A stretch of 64,000 bases of DNA from an uncultured Actinomycetota bacterium (GCA_963728125.1 CAVSIZ010000013.1:98803-162802), one strand, 5' to 3'. Shown: positions 9,646-20,719, counted from the stretch's first letter. The notes: generated by a model from the sequence alone, not told the origin. Made by a program: numbers and translations.

Positions 9646-10322
9646 ACCGAGTTGCCGATCGAGTCAATGATGGTGCCGTAGTCCACCTCTGACAGACCGC
9701 CTCCTGCCTGCGACGGGTGGTGCACGACGTTCTCCCACACCCCCGAGATGTCGCTCCAGCCGGGACCGTCCGGGGCGAACAAGATGAGCCGCTTGGAGCT
9801 CGATCCCATCGGTCCCTGCTCGTTCTCCCACAGATCCGTGAGGGCGCTGAAGTCGGCCGGCACCCGCGAGGACAGGTCTGCGGGCAGCACCGAGGGATCG
9901 AGCGGCTGTGCCGGTTGGTCGGTCCAGATAACGATCACCTGCCGTCGACGATCGCCGCTACTCGTCCACGGCGAGTTGACGGCTAGGGCCACGGCCTCCA
10001 GCCCCGATTCAGGTGCATCCCCGCCACCCTCGGCCAGCAGCCCGTTGACGAAGTCGGAGAAGCCTGCGCGCTCTGCCGGCAGCGTGTAGAACGCAGACTC
10101 CTGGAAGGCCGCTGCTCCGTCCGCCTTGAAGTCGCGGAACGCGAGCACGCGTACCCGCAGCTGGTCAACGTTCTTTCCCTTTTCGGTCAGGTTTTTCTGT
10201 ACGTCGTCGTAGAAGCGCAGGGCGTTGTCTTTCACCTTGTCGATGATCGGCGTCATGCTCCCGGTCACGTCGATGCAGAACACGATGTCGACCGCATAGC
10301 TCAGCCCGCGGGGCGCCGCCAT
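9642..10322 (-). CDS. von Willebrand factor type A domain protein (TerY-like)
   Basis: MIDAS motif DIVFCIDVTGSM; vWA fold of about 227 aa from MAAPRGLSYAV; the ORF stays open upstream to 10664, so the start is uncertain. Confidence 0.7.
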   Translation of the reverse strand: MAAPRGLSYAVDIVFCIDVTGSMTPIIDKVKDNALRFYDDVQKNLTEKGKNVDQLRVRVLAFRDFKADGAAAFQESAFYTLPAERAGFSDFVNGLLAEGGGDAPESGLEAVALAVNSPWTSSGDRRRQVIVIWTDQPAQPLDPSVLPADLSSRVPADFSALTDLWENEQGPMGSSSKRLILFAPDGPGWSDISGVWENVVHHPSQAGGGLSEVDYGTIIDSIGNSV

Positions 10323-10491
10323 GCTGGTTTGCTCCGTTGCGACGGGAGAGGGAGCGGCCGTGAAGCGTCGGCCGGCGGGGTACTCGTCGCTGGCCGTCGT
10401 CGTCGAAGTCTGACCCACCGTCCTTCCCGCGAACCGTCGAGCTGGCTGCGCCGTATAGGCAGCAGGTCGTCTCAGGTGTCCCGGGGGAGCC

Positions 10492-11808
10492 ATGAGTGTG
10501 ACGTCGCGATCGATCGCTGCCTGCTCGACGGTCGTGCTGCTGAGCCTGTTGAGTTCGGGCATCGCCCACGCTGGCGAGCAAGCCGACAGCGCCGAGGCCA
10601 CCGGTAGTTCGAGCCAATCGTGCGGTCGAGGTGATCGCGGCCGCTTGCTCGGCTTCGAACCCATCGCTAGCTACCCGACGCCGGCTGATGCTCGCGCCTA
10701 CTTCGAGTCGTGGGTCGACTTCTACCGCGACTTCTACGGCTTCGCAGAGGACCTCACTGCCGACGTCGCCTACGGCTTCGATGCGTACAAGGTGACGTAC
10801 TGCAGCATCGATGCGGTCCTTCCGGGACAGGACCGCGCGGAACCGACCGTTCTCACCGGCAACGTGTCCGTGCCACGCAAGGCTGGACCGTTGCCCACGG
10901 TTGCGTACGTGCGCGGCACCGGCGCGTCGTACTACGACGCACCGTCGAATCCCAACATCGCCGGCGACCTGGAGCCGCGGGGCGAAAGCTTCGAGGGACC
11001 GGCTTCGAGTCCCATCTTCGCGGGCAACGGCTTCATTTACGTGGCGCCCGATTTGACGGGGTTCGGTGACTCGACAGTGCCTCGCCATCGGTACTTCCAC
11101 GCCGACAGCGAGGCGTCCTCAACTATCGACCTGCTGGCTGCCTCGCGCGACGCGCTCAAGAGCTTGAACGTTCGGCGAAGCGATGAGCTCTTCATCTTCG
11201 GCTGGTCTCAGGGTGGCCACGTTGCCCTCGCTGCCCAACGCGCCCTCGAGCAGCGCCACGTCGAGGTGACCGCCACCGCTGTGATCGGCGCGGTGTTCGA
11301 CGTCGAGCGGTTCTTCCTCTCGGGCATCGAGGACGAGACCACGGTGACGATCCCGCTCTACGTGTCATACCTCCTGCTGGCCTACGACGACATCTACGAC
11401 GTGTACGACAAGCCCTCCGACGTCTTCCGCCGGCCGTACGCGGAGACCGTGCCCGGCCTCCTCGACATGCAGCACTACTGGGACGACATCTTGGCGGGCC
11501 TGCCGCCAACGTCCCGAGAGCTGCTCAAGCCGTCGTTCTTCCGAACGGTGACGAGCGACCCGAACCATCCATTCCGGGTCCGGATGCGGGAGAACGCGGT
11601 CGATCGCTGGCGGCCCGAGGCGCCAATCCGCGTCTACCACACGCCGACCGACGAAGAAGTGTTCTACGAGGACGCACTCGTGTCGGTGGATCGCCTTCGC
11701 AAGCGCGGCGCTGACATCAGCGTGCGGACGTTAGCGGGCCCGGACCATGTCACCAGCTGGATCCAGTCCATGCCACGAGCGGTGAAGTTCTTCCAGAAGG
11801 CGGACTGA
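10492..11808 (+). CDS. secreted alpha/beta-hydrolase (secretory lipase family)
   Basis: Signal peptide IAACSTVVLLSLLSSGIAHA; nucleophile elbow GWSQGG; 438 aa. Confidence 0.7.
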   Translation: MSVTSRSIAACSTVVLLSLLSSGIAHAGEQADSAEATGSSSQSCGRGDRGRLLGFEPIASYPTPADARAYFESWVDFYRDFYGFAEDLTADVAYGFDAYKVTYCSIDAVLPGQDRAEPTVLTGNVSVPRKAGPLPTVAYVRGTGASYYDAPSNPNIAGDLEPRGESFEGPASSPIFAGNGFIYVAPDLTGFGDSTVPRHRYFHADSEASSTIDLLAASRDALKSLNVRRSDELFIFGWSQGGHVALAAQRALEQRHVEVTATAVIGAVFDVERFFLSGIEDETTVTIPLYVSYLLLAYDDIYDVYDKPSDVFRRPYAETVPGLLDMQHYWDDILAGLPPTSRELLKPSFFRTVTSDPNHPFRVRMRENAVDRWRPEAPIRVYHTPTDEEVFYEDALVSVDRLRKRGADISVRTLAGPDHVTSWIQSMPRAVKFFQKAD

Positions 11809-11815
11809 TCCGGGC

Positions 11816-13039
11816 GTGCCGACCTCCGCGGCCGACACTGTCCAGGTGGCCACGCCTGCCCGAGTCGACTCTGCCGAGGGATGGCGCAATGTCGGCGTCG
11901 CGTTCACGTCGATGTTCGTCGTGTTCGGCGTCGCGTACAGCTTTGGCGCGTTCTTCGAATCGATGTCCGACGAGTTCGGTGCCGGCAGCGCGGCGACATC
12001 GGCGGTCTTCTCTCTGACAGCGTTCTGTTACTACCTACTGGGCCTGGTGAGCGGGCGGGCGATGGACCGGTTCGGCCCGAAGCCGTTGCTCGTCGTTGCC
12101 GCGGTCGCGATGCTCGTTGGCCTGTCACTCACCGCCGCCGTCGACCGGCTCTGGCTCGGGTACGTGACCTACGGACTCGGCGTCGGGATCGGGGTCGCCT
12201 GTGGCTACGTCCCCATGGTTGCCCTGGTGGGCGGGTGGTTCGAGCGGCGTCGCGGGACGGCGCTCGGCGTCGCTGTCGCCGGCATCGGCGTGGGGACGTT
12301 GGTGGGCGCCGCCATTGCTGCCGCAGCGATCTCGCGCTACGGCTGGCGCACGGCATACGTCGGTTTCGCTATCGCGAGTGCCGTGCTCCTGCTCGGCTGC
12401 GCCGCCCTGGCTACCCGACCGCCTCGCCCGGCCCATCAGGCGGCCTCACTGCCGCTCGGTGGCGTCGTCCGGACGCCAGCGTTCGGGTTGCTTTACGTAT
12501 CGACCTTGCTGGCCTCGCTCGCCCTGTTCGTGCCCTTCGTCCTCCTGCCGCCGTTCGCGGAGGACGCAGGCGTGCCGCCGGTAGCGGGTGCGGCCCTCGT
12601 CGGCCTGATCGGCCTGGCCAGCGTCCTGGGCCGGCTGGCCATCGGAGCTATCGCTGACCGATTCGGTCTGGTACGCAGCTATCGCGTCTGCTTCGCGGTT
12701 GTGGCGGCGAGCTTCCTCATCTGGCTCGTCGCGACGGAGTACCGCCTGCTTGTCGTCTTCGCGATCGTGCTGGGGATCGGCTACGGCGGCTGCATCGCGC
12801 TCAACCCCGCCGTCCTCGCCCAGATGTTCGGCGTCGATCGTCTCGGCGGCCTGGTCGGTCTCATGTACACCTCGGCGGGAATTGGCACGCTCATCGGCCC
12901 GCTAGCGGCCGGGTTCCTCATCGACGTGACAGGTACCTACCGCTGGGCGATTGCGGGGTGCTTCATCCTCGCCACGGCAGCCGCTCTTGCCCTCATCCCC
13001 CTCAGGCCTGGCGGATCTGTCCGAAGCCGCGCCGCCTAG
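11816..13039 (+). CDS. MFS transporter
   Basis: 407 aa with 12 predicted transmembrane helices and MFS-like loop motifs. Confidence 0.75.
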   Translation: MPTSAADTVQVATPARVDSAEGWRNVGVAFTSMFVVFGVAYSFGAFFESMSDEFGAGSAATSAVFSLTAFCYYLLGLVSGRAMDRFGPKPLLVVAAVAMLVGLSLTAAVDRLWLGYVTYGLGVGIGVACGYVPMVALVGGWFERRRGTALGVAVAGIGVGTLVGAAIAAAAISRYGWRTAYVGFAIASAVLLLGCAALATRPPRPAHQAASLPLGGVVRTPAFGLLYVSTLLASLALFVPFVLLPPFAEDAGVPPVAGAALVGLIGLASVLGRLAIGAIADRFGLVRSYRVCFAVVAASFLIWLVATEYRLLVVFAIVLGIGYGGCIALNPAVLAQMFGVDRLGGLVGLMYTSAGIGTLIGPLAAGFLIDVTGTYRWAIAGCFILATAAALALIPLRPGGSVRSRAA

Positions 13040-13131
13040 GAATGCGAGGATGTTCGGACATCTCGATGGATGGGCGGGCGCCGGGCGCGGCTCCCCGGCG
13101 ACCGGCCGCGTCGCAGGTAGCCTCCGGAATC

Positions 13132-15597
13132 ATGGCCGCCCGTACGCCCGCACGGGGAAGCTCGACGCGCTCGACGAAGCGCGGGACGAGCTCATCGGCG
13201 CGCCCCAGGCAGTCCACGTACCGCCGGCGCTCAACACCAAAGCGCGGACCGAGCGCCGCCTCAGAGGCGGCCGCGAGCACCGGTCGGGTCCTGCGCGGAC
13301 TCTGGCTCGGTATGGCCGGAGTAGTCGGCGGCGGCGCCCGGCGCGTGGGCACCAGCGCCAGCGGCCTCGATCCCGTCCATCGCCGCGACGGGTTGGGCCT
13401 GGCCTGCCTCGGCCTCGCGATCGTCGTTGCCGCGTCGGTCTGGTGGGGGCTACCCGGCGACGTCGGCGCCGGCGTCGTCGCTATCGTGCGCGGGGCTCTG
13501 GGTGTACTCGGGCTCGCGGTTCCACTGCTGCTGGTCGCCCTCGCGGTGTGGTTCATGCGCCATCCCGAGCGCAGCGCCGACACCGGTCGTGTGGTCATCG
13601 GCATGTCCGCCCTGCTCGTCGCAGTCGCTGGGCTGATTCACATCGCCCACGGGACCCCGCTGCCGCCGCAGGGTGCCACGGCGATGCGGGCCGCTGGCGG
13701 ACTGGTCGGTTTCCTCGCCTCATCACCGCTGGTATCCGGTCTCACGGCGTATGTCGCGGCACCGCTACTCGTGCTGCTCGGCGTCTTCGGGCTGCTCGTC
13801 GTCACCGCGACACCAATCCACGCCGTACCCCAGCGGCTTCGAGCCTTCGGGAACCGGCTGATCGGCCGCAGCGAGGCAGTCGATGAGGCGCTGCTCGGTT
13901 CGACCCCAGCCGATGGCGGGGCCACGGAGACCACCAAGGACCTCCCGCTCGAACCACTGCGCCGCGGCTCAGCCCGCCGCCGCGTCGGCGTTGCCGCGAC
14001 GAATGACGACGATCCTGAAGATTCCACTACCGCAGACACAGACGTGTTGTCGATCGCCCGAGAACGCCCCGGCAAAGCCCCCACGCATACGGCTGTGCCG
14101 GTCCGCACCGAGCAACTGCTGCTGTCTGGCGACATCACCTACAAGCTGCCGGCAACGGCGATGCTGCGCGAGGGGGCGCCCCACAGGACACGCAGCCGTG
14201 CCAACGACGCCGTCGTCGAGTCGCTCACTCAGGTACTCGACCAGTTCGAGATCGACGCGCAAGTCACCGGCTTCACGCGCGGCCCCACGGTGACGCGGTA
14301 CGAAGTCGAGCTCGGTCCCGCGGTCAAGGTCGAGCGTGTCACCGCGCTGTCGAAGAACATCGCCTACGCCGTCGCCAGCGCCGATGTGCGCATCCTGTCG
14401 CCGATTCCCGGCAAGTCCGCAATCGGTATCGAGATCCCGAACCGCGACAAGGAGATCGTCTCTCTCGGCGACGTGCTGCGGTCACGCGTTGCTGCTGCGC
14501 AGCATCACCCGATGATGGTCGGCCTCGGCAAGGACGTCGAGGGCGGCTTCGTCTGCGCGAATCTCGCGAAGATGCCGCACGTCCTGGTCGCCGGTGCGAC
14601 CGGATCAGGCAAGTCGTCCTGCATCAACTCGCTCATCGCGTCGATCCTGATGCGATCGACGCCCGATGAGGTACGCATGGTCCTCATCGACCCCAAGCGC
14701 GTCGAGCTCACGGCATACGAAGGCATTCCGCACCTCATCACGCCGATCATCACCAGCCCGAAGAAGGCTGCGGACGCGCTGCAATGGGTCGTGCGCGAGA
14801 TGGAGCTGCGCTACGACGACCTTGCTGCTTCCGGCTTCCGACATGTCGATGACTTCAATAAGGCCGTACGCGACGGAGCGCTTAAGGCGCCGCCCGGCAG
14901 CGAGCGCACGTATACGCCGTACCCGTATCTCCTGGTCATCGTCGACGAGCTCGCCGACTTGATGATGGTCGCGCCCCGCGACGTTGAGGACGCGATCGTT
15001 CGCATCACCCAATTGGCGCGCGCCGCGGGCATTCACCTGGTGCTGGCGACGCAACGTCCCTCGGTCGACGTGGTCACCGGGCTCATCAAGGCCAACGTCC
15101 CGTCCCGGCTGGCCTTCGCCACATCGTCGCTGGCCGACTCCCGGGTCATCCTCGATCAGGCCGGTGCAGAGAAGCTGGTCGGCCAGGGCGACGCGCTGTT
15201 CCTGCCGATGGGGGCCAGCAAGGCGATACGGATCCAAGGTGCGTGGGTCACCGAGGAGGAGATTCACGCGGTTGTCGCGCACTGCAAGCAGCAGTTGCAA
15301 CCCACCTACCGCGACGATGTCACCGCTGTGCAGGGGCAGAAGAAGGAGATCGACGAGGACATCGGCGACGATCTCGACGTGTTGTGTCAGGCCGTCGAGC
15401 TCGTCGTCACCACCCAGTTCGGATCGACGTCGATGCTGCAGCGCAAGCTGCGGGTCGGGTTCGCCAAGGCCGGTCGGCTGATGGACCTGATGGAGTCCCG
15501 TGGAATCGTCGGCCCCAGTGAGGGCTCCAAGGCTCGTGACGTCCTGATCAAGGCCGACGAGCTCGACAGCGTGCTCTTCACACTCCGCGGCGAGTGA
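13132..15597 (+). CDS. ftsK: DNA translocase FtsK
   Basis: S/T/R-rich N-terminus, four transmembrane helices, Walker A VAGATGSGKSS, a RecA-like motor domain, and a C-terminal gamma domain MLQRKLRVGFAKAGRLMDLME; the start is ambiguous (13042 or 13132). Confidence 0.85.
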   Translation: MAARTPARGSSTRSTKRGTSSSARPRQSTYRRRSTPKRGPSAASEAAASTGRVLRGLWLGMAGVVGGGARRVGTSASGLDPVHRRDGLGLACLGLAIVVAASVWWGLPGDVGAGVVAIVRGALGVLGLAVPLLLVALAVWFMRHPERSADTGRVVIGMSALLVAVAGLIHIAHGTPLPPQGATAMRAAGGLVGFLASSPLVSGLTAYVAAPLLVLLGVFGLLVVTATPIHAVPQRLRAFGNRLIGRSEAVDEALLGSTPADGGATETTKDLPLEPLRRGSARRRVGVAATNDDDPEDSTTADTDVLSIARERPGKAPTHTAVPVRTEQLLLSGDITYKLPATAMLREGAPHRTRSRANDAVVESLTQVLDQFEIDAQVTGFTRGPTVTRYEVELGPAVKVERVTALSKNIAYAVASADVRILSPIPGKSAIGIEIPNRDKEIVSLGDVLRSRVAAAQHHPMMVGLGKDVEGGFVCANLAKMPHVLVAGATGSGKSSCINSLIASILMRSTPDEVRMVLIDPKRVELTAYEGIPHLITPIITSPKKAADALQWVVREMELRYDDLAASGFRHVDDFNKAVRDGALKAPPGSERTYTPYPYLLVIVDELADLMMVAPRDVEDAIVRITQLARAAGIHLVLATQRPSVDVVTGLIKANVPSRLAFATSSLADSRVILDQAGAEKLVGQGDALFLPMGASKAIRIQGAWVTEEEIHAVVAHCKQQLQPTYRDDVTAVQGQKKEIDEDIGDDLDVLCQAVELVVTTQFGSTSMLQRKLRVGFAKAGRLMDLMESRGIVGPSEGSKARDVLIKADELDSVLFTLRGE

Positions 15598-15639
15598 TCG
15601 TCGGCTACACCCTTCTCGCGGCCCGTCTACGCTGAAGCA

Positions 15640-17031
15640 ATGCCTCGATCTGTCGCGCTCGTCACCCTGGGGTGCGCGCGCAACGAGGTCGACTCCGAAG
15701 AGCTGGCCGGCCGCCTCGTGGACGGTGGCTGGCAGCTCACCGACGACGCGGCTAGCGCCGATGCGGTCCTGGTCAATACCTGCGGCTTCATCGAGGCGGC
15801 GAAGAAGGACTCGATCGACACCCTGCTGGATGTCGCCAACGGCGATCAGACCGTGGTCGCGGTCGGTTGCCTCGCGGAGCGATACGGCGATCAGCTGGCT
15901 GCTGCGCTGCCCGAAGCCGATGCCGTGCTCGGCTTCGATTCATACGCCGATATCGCCCAGACGCTGCGTTCCATCGCCGACGGCGACGTTCCTTCGCCGC
16001 ATCAGCCGCGCGATCGGCGCGCGCTGCTTCCGATCACACCGGTCCAGCGAGCGCGCTCCACGACGCTGACGCCCGGACATGGCGACCTCCCGCCAGGCGT
16101 CGCGCCGGCGTCGGGTCCACGTACGCTGCGACGCCGTCTCCACGGCGGGCCGACGGCGCCGCTGAAGATCGCCTCCGGCTGCGACCGGCGGTGCTCGTTC
16201 TGCGCGATCCCGTCGTTTCGCGGCGCCTACCTGTCCCGCCAACCAGATGAGATCGTCGCCGAGGCGCAGTGGCTGGTCGAGCACGGCGTGCGCGAACTCG
16301 TGCTCGTGAGCGAGAACAGCACCTCGTACGGGAAGGACCTCGGCGACGTACGGCTCCTCGAGCGCTTGCTGCCGCAGCTCGCTGCCCTTGTCGACCGGGT
16401 GCGCGTGAGCTACCTGCAACCGGCCGAAGTCCGTCCAACGCTGCTCGACGTCATGACGACGACGCCCGGCGTCGTTGCGTACTTCGACCTGTCCTTTCAG
16501 CACGCCAGCGGCCCGGTCCTGCGCCGGATGAGGCGCTTCGGCGACACCGACCGGTTCCTCGACTTGTTGGAGCAGGTACGTAGCCGGACGTCTACTGCCG
16601 GCGCGCGCTCCAACTTCATCGTCGGGTATCCCGGCGAGACCGACGCCGACGTCGCCGAGCTAGAACGGTTCTTGGTTGGGGCTCGGTTGGATGCCATTGG
16701 CGTCTTCGGCTACTCCGACGAGGAGGGCACCGAAGCGGCGACCACCGACGGCAAGCTGCCGGAGTCGGAGATCCGCGCCCGGGTCGAGCATGTCACCGCG
16801 CTGGCCGAGGAGCTGACGGCGCAGCGAGCGGAGGATCGGGTCGGCGAGGACATTCAGGTACTCGTCGAATCGGTCGACGAAGGCGTGGCTGCCGAAGGAC
16901 GCGCTGCACACCAGGCCCCCGAGGTGGATGGCGCGACCACGCTGCCCGGCATTGCCGCTGCAGTCGGCGACATCGTTCAGGCTCGCGTGATTGCGACGGA
17001 TGGCGTCGATCTCATCGGTGCCGTGCGGTGA
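15640..17031 (+). CDS. rimO: ribosomal protein S12 methylthiotransferase RimO (radical SAM MTTase)
   Basis: [17 protein letters not shown]-terminus; radical-SAM CxxxCxxC (CSFCAIP); C-terminal TRAM domain. Confidence 0.8.
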   Translation: MPRSVALVTLGCARNEVDSEELAGRLVDGGWQLTDDAASADAVLVNTCGFIEAAKKDSIDTLLDVANGDQTVVAVGCLAERYGDQLAAALPEADAVLGFDSYADIAQTLRSIADGDVPSPHQPRDRRALLPITPVQRARSTTLTPGHGDLPPGVAPASGPRTLRRRLHGGPTAPLKIASGCDRRCSFCAIPSFRGAYLSRQPDEIVAEAQWLVEHGVRELVLVSENSTSYGKDLGDVRLLERLLPQLAALVDRVRVSYLQPAEVRPTLLDVMTTTPGVVAYFDLSFQHASGPVLRRMRRFGDTDRFLDLLEQVRSRTSTAGARSNFIVGYPGETDADVAELERFLVGARLDAIGVFGYSDEEGTEAATTDGKLPESEIRARVEHVTALAEELTAQRAEDRVGEDIQVLVESVDEGVAAEGRAAHQAPEVDGATTLPGIAAAVGDIVQARVIATDGVDLIGAVR

Positions 17032-17609
17032 GTCAGCCCGCGGCGGTCAGTCGCTGGAATCTGGCAAATCAGCTGACCGTGCTGCGCTTGTTGCTCGTTC
17101 CGGTTCTCGCCTGGCTGCTCTACGAGATTGGCGCGGCGTCCGACGAGCGTCCGTGGAGCATTGCCGCATTCCTCGTGTTCATCGGCGCATCGGCCACGGA
17201 CAGCGTCGACGGCGAGATTGCGCGGCGGCGTGGGCTCATTACCAACTTCGGCATCGTGGCTGATCCCATTGCTGACAAGGCTCTGACCGGAACCGCCTTG
17301 ATCGGTCTCAGCGTGCTCGGCGATCTGCCCTGGTGGGTCACCATCGCCTTCCTCGTCCGCGAATTCGGTGTCACTCTGCTGCGGTTCTGGGTCATCCGGC
17401 ACGGCGTCATCCCCGCGAGTCGCGGCGGCAAGCTCAAGACTGTGCTGCAGGTGATCGCGATCGGGCTGTACCTGCTGCCACTTACTGGGCCACTCGCCAC
17501 GGGTCGCGCATGGGTGATGGGTGCCGCGCTCATCGTCACGCTTGTCACCGGTGTGGACTACGTCGCGCGCGCTGTGCGGCTTCGACGCACCGCGACTGCG
17601 TCGTCGTGA
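17028..17609 (+). CDS. pgsA: CDP-diacylglycerol--glycerol-3-phosphate 3-phosphatidyltransferase
   Basis: CDP-alcohol phosphatidyltransferase motif [12 protein letters not shown]...[10 protein letters not shown]; the GTG start overlaps the rimO stop (GTGA). Confidence 0.85.
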   Translation: MSQPAAVSRWNLANQLTVLRLLLVPVLAWLLYEIGAASDERPWSIAAFLVFIGASATDSVDGEIARRRGLITNFGIVADPIADKALTGTALIGLSVLGDLPWWVTIAFLVREFGVTLLRFWVIRHGVIPASRGGKLKTVLQVIAIGLYLLPLTGPLATGRAWVMGAALIVTLVTGVDYVARAVRLRRTATASS

Positions 17610-17630
17610 CCTTTCGCTTTCAACTGCATC

Positions 17631-18431
17631 ATGGTGGGCACGATGACGACCATGCCTGACTTCGACGACGTCCTCTCCGCCTTGCATGGCTCCTCAAGCG
17701 ACCTTGCCCGCATCGCCGACAAGCTCGATGGCGATGCGATCCGCCAGCCCTCGTACGCCAGCGAATGGTCGATCGCGCAGGTCTACTCGCACATTGGAAG
17801 TGGGGCTGAGATCGGCCTCGCGACGGTGCAAGCTGCCCTTGGTGAGGGGCCGCCACCCGACAACGACTCGATCTGGGATCGCTGGAACGAGTACTCGCCC
17901 GAGCAGATGGTGAGTGAGTCCGTGGCAGCGGATCAGCGATACGTCGCTTTCGCAGAGGCGGTTCCCCCTGCCACCCGAGAGAGCCTCCGCGTCGACTCGT
18001 ACCTGGGCCCGATCGACCTCGCCACCTGGCTGACCCTCCGGCTGCACGAGCATGCGCTGCATGCATGGGACATCCGCGTGGCGCTCGACCCGACCGCAAC
18101 GCTGCGGGCTGATGCGGTCCCGATCCTGCTGGACGGTCCGCTGCTCATGATCGGCGGCGCCATGGCCCGAGGCGACAAGCCCGCTCAGGGGCGCCTGGGG
18201 ATCGACGTCAGCGATCCGGAGCGGCACCTGCTCCTGTCGATCGACGACGGCGTCGAGCTCGCCGCTGTCGAGGGTGACCTCGCCGACAGGACCTCGCGGC
18301 TCGTCATTCCCGGCGAGGCGCTGCTGCGCTTGACCGCGGGCCGACTCGACTCCGACCACACCCCCGACAGCGTGCGATCGGAGGGGACGCTGACCCTCGA
18401 CGACCTGCGGCGACTGTTCCCGGGCTACTGA
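17631..18431 (+). CDS. maleylpyruvate isomerase N-terminal (DinB/MDMPI-like) domain protein
   Basis: WSIAQVYSHIGSGAE signature of the mycothiol-dependent MDMPI_N / TIGR03083 family. Confidence 0.6.
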   Translation: MVGTMTTMPDFDDVLSALHGSSSDLARIADKLDGDAIRQPSYASEWSIAQVYSHIGSGAEIGLATVQAALGEGPPPDNDSIWDRWNEYSPEQMVSESVAADQRYVAFAEAVPPATRESLRVDSYLGPIDLATWLTLRLHEHALHAWDIRVALDPTATLRADAVPILLDGPLLMIGGAMARGDKPAQGRLGIDVSDPERHLLLSIDDGVELAAVEGDLADRTSRLVIPGEALLRLTAGRLDSDHTPDSVRSEGTLTLDDLRRLFPGY

Positions 18432-18444
18432 TCACATACATCGC

Positions 18445-19671
18445 ATGAGAATCGCGATCGTCAGTGTCGGCGACGAGCTTCTCTCCGGGGACACCGTCGA
18501 CACCAACTCCGCCTGGCTCGGCCAGACGTTCAGCGGCGTCGGCTTCACCGTCCTGCGCGTCATCGTCGTCCCCGACGACGTGGTTGCCATCAGCGATGCC
18601 ATTCGCATCGCCACTGCCGGCGTCGACGCCGTGCTCGTCCAGGGCGGACTCGGCCCGACGTCCGACGACCTCAGCCGCGAAGGCATCGCCGCTGCGTCCG
18701 GTGTGCCGTTGCACCGCGACGCTGACATCGAGAAACGCCTCCGGGCGTGGTACGCAGAGCGCAACCGCCCTGTCCTCGACGTATCGCTGCGCATGGCAGA
18801 CGTCCCCGATGGCGCCGAGGTGCTGCCGAACCCGCCCGGGCAGGCACCCGGGCTGCGCACTGTCCTAGACGGCTGCCTCATCTACGCCGTCCCTGGTGTT
18901 CCGCGCGAGATGCAAGCCATCGTCACCGAGTCGGTGCTGCCCGACCTGATCGCCCGCGCGACCGCGCGGCCCGATGTGCTCACGCAAACCCTGCGCATCG
19001 CCGTGCGCGGCGAGTCCGAAGTAGCGACGCTCGTTGCTGCAGGTGGGCCGACGCCGCCCGGGCTGCGCGTCGCGTACCTCGCCAGGCCCGGCGACGTCCG
19101 TTTGCGCGTCACCGGGCCGGCGAAGATCGAGGAGCCGTACGCGCAACAGTTGCGCACCCTGCTTGGCGAGCTCGTGTACGGCGAGGGAGACGACACGCTC
19201 GACGTCGTCGTCCACCGGCTGCTCGCGACCCAGGGGGCGACCCTCGCGGTCGCTGAATCGCTCACCGGTGGACAGCTCGGCGAGACCCTGACCAGGATGG
19301 CCGGCTCCTCGGCGACGTTCGTCGGGGGAGTGGTGGCGTACGAAACGCGGCTCAAGACCATGCTGCTGGGAGTCGACGGCGACGTGCTCAACCGGGAAGG
19401 TGCGGTTCACCCGGACGTGGCACGACAGATGGCCGAGGGCGTGCGGCAGCGGCTGGGGAGCACGTACGGGCTGAGCACCACCGGAGTGGCCGGTCCCGAA
19501 CCGGCGGACGGGCACGATCCCGGCACGGTCTACGTCGCCGCGGCGGGTCCGGCAGGTACGCAGGTGCGCTCTCTACGCCTCGGGGGAGGACGTGATCTGG
19601 TCCGTGACCTCGCTGTCGTCCACGCGCTCAACCTGCTGTACGGGATCCTCCGCGCCGGGAACAACGGGTAG
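18445..19671 (+). CDS. cinA: competence/damage-inducible protein CinA
   Basis: N-terminal MoCF-biosynthesis-like domain [22 protein letters not shown] plus a C-terminal CinA deamidase domain. Confidence 0.85.
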   Translation: MRIAIVSVGDELLSGDTVDTNSAWLGQTFSGVGFTVLRVIVVPDDVVAISDAIRIATAGVDAVLVQGGLGPTSDDLSREGIAAASGVPLHRDADIEKRLRAWYAERNRPVLDVSLRMADVPDGAEVLPNPPGQAPGLRTVLDGCLIYAVPGVPREMQAIVTESVLPDLIARATARPDVLTQTLRIAVRGESEVATLVAAGGPTPPGLRVAYLARPGDVRLRVTGPAKIEEPYAQQLRTLLGELVYGEGDDTLDVVVHRLLATQGATLAVAESLTGGQLGETLTRMAGSSATFVGGVVAYETRLKTMLLGVDGDVLNREGAVHPDVARQMAEGVRQRLGSTYGLSTTGVAGPEPADGHDPGTVYVAAAGPAGTQVRSLRLGGGRDLVRDLAVVHALNLLYGILRAGNNG

Positions 19672-19798
19672 GGATTACATGCTTACACTGGACGTGGAAA
19701 GCAGACCGAAGATAGCGGGTCGTGTCGCACCTGCCGGGTACCGTGGGGGCAATGTCTCGACGCTGGCCTCGGTACTAGACCAGAGAAGGGAGCGCCCC

Positions 19799-20125
19799 AT
19801 GATCATGTTGCGTGGGCTGCTCGGCGCGGTGCTGCGCCGGCGTCGCCAGTGGCAGGGGCGCACCCTGCGCGAGGTGTCGGCGGCGGCCCGGGTGTCGCTC
19901 GGATACCTCTCCGAAGTCGAGCGGGGGCAGAAGGAAGCCAGCAGCGAGCTGCTCGCGTCGATCTGCGATGCGCTCGACGTGCCGATGTCCCAGGTGCTCC
20001 GCGAGGTCAGCGACGAGCTGGCCCGAGTCGAGCTCGCCCGCGCCGACGGCTCCCGGCCGACTCTCGAGCGCGTGCCCAGCGTGGCAGGCGAGCGCGCGAT
20101 GCCGGAGGTCGTGGCGGCCGCGTAG
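19799..20125 (+). CDS. clgR: XRE-family HTH regulator ClgR/PspR-like
   Basis: [47 protein letters not shown] closely matches mycobacterial ClgR. Confidence 0.8.
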   Translation: MIMLRGLLGAVLRRRRQWQGRTLREVSAAARVSLGYLSEVERGQKEASSELLASICDALDVPMSQVLREVSDELARVELARADGSRPTLERVPSVAGERAMPEVVAAA

Positions 20126-20134
20126 CCTCGCTTC

Positions 20135-20719
20135 GTGCCGGCCACTGACTACACCGCATCGGCTCCACCGATCCGGGCCGCCGGCACTCGATCTCGCGCA
20201 GGCAATGCGATGGCCCGCACCCGACTCGCGGTTCTTGAGGGCGCGGCTCGCTCACTGGCATCCCAGGGCGTGCGCGGCACCACGATGACCGACATCGCGG
20301 CCACCGGTGGCGTCGCCAAGGGCACGCTCTACAACCACTTCCGGCGCCGCGAGGACGTGTTCGCCGCGTTGGCCGAACACGAGATCCGCGCTCTCGGTGA
20401 GCTGGTCCGCGAGTCAGCCGACGACGATCTCGGCGCTGCTCTCGTCCTGGCAGCCCAGCGGATCAGCACGCATCCAGCAGTGCAGCGGATCGCCGCGTCC
20501 GAGCCCGAGCTGCTCGGCGTGATGCTCGTCCCTTCGAATGGCGTACGTCGGGTAGCTGAGGACGAGATCGCCGCAACCCTGCGGGCCTCTGGTCGTGATT
20601 CTTCGCCGCCGTACGTCGACATCGTCCTGCGTTGGTTGGCGTCCTACCTGGCGCAGCCTGGCGACTCTCCTGCCGCCGGTGCCGCCGTCCTGGTCGCAGG
20701 CCTGCCGGACGCGCCCTAG
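20135..20719 (+). CDS. TetR family transcriptional regulator
   Basis: TetR N-terminal HTH GTTMTDIAATGGVAKGTLYNHF; an alternative start is at 20210. Confidence 0.75.
   Translation: MPATDYTASAPPIRAAGTRSRAGNAMARTRLAVLEGAARSLASQGVRGTTMTDIAATGGVAKGTLYNHFRRREDVFAALAEHEIRALGELVRESADDDLGAALVLAAQRISTHPAVQRIAASEPELLGVMLVPSNGVRRVAEDEIAATLRASGRDSSPPYVDIVLRWLASYLAQPGDSPAAGAAVLVAGLPDAP

Noticed and set aside
10165-11100. 311-aa Arg-rich minus-strand ORF
   Set aside because: It is antisense to the well-supported secreted lipase gene (GWSQGG) and is low-complexity
11881-12657. 258-aa Arg-rich plus-strand ORF
   Set aside because: It is an alternate frame inside the MFS transporter gene, with junk composition
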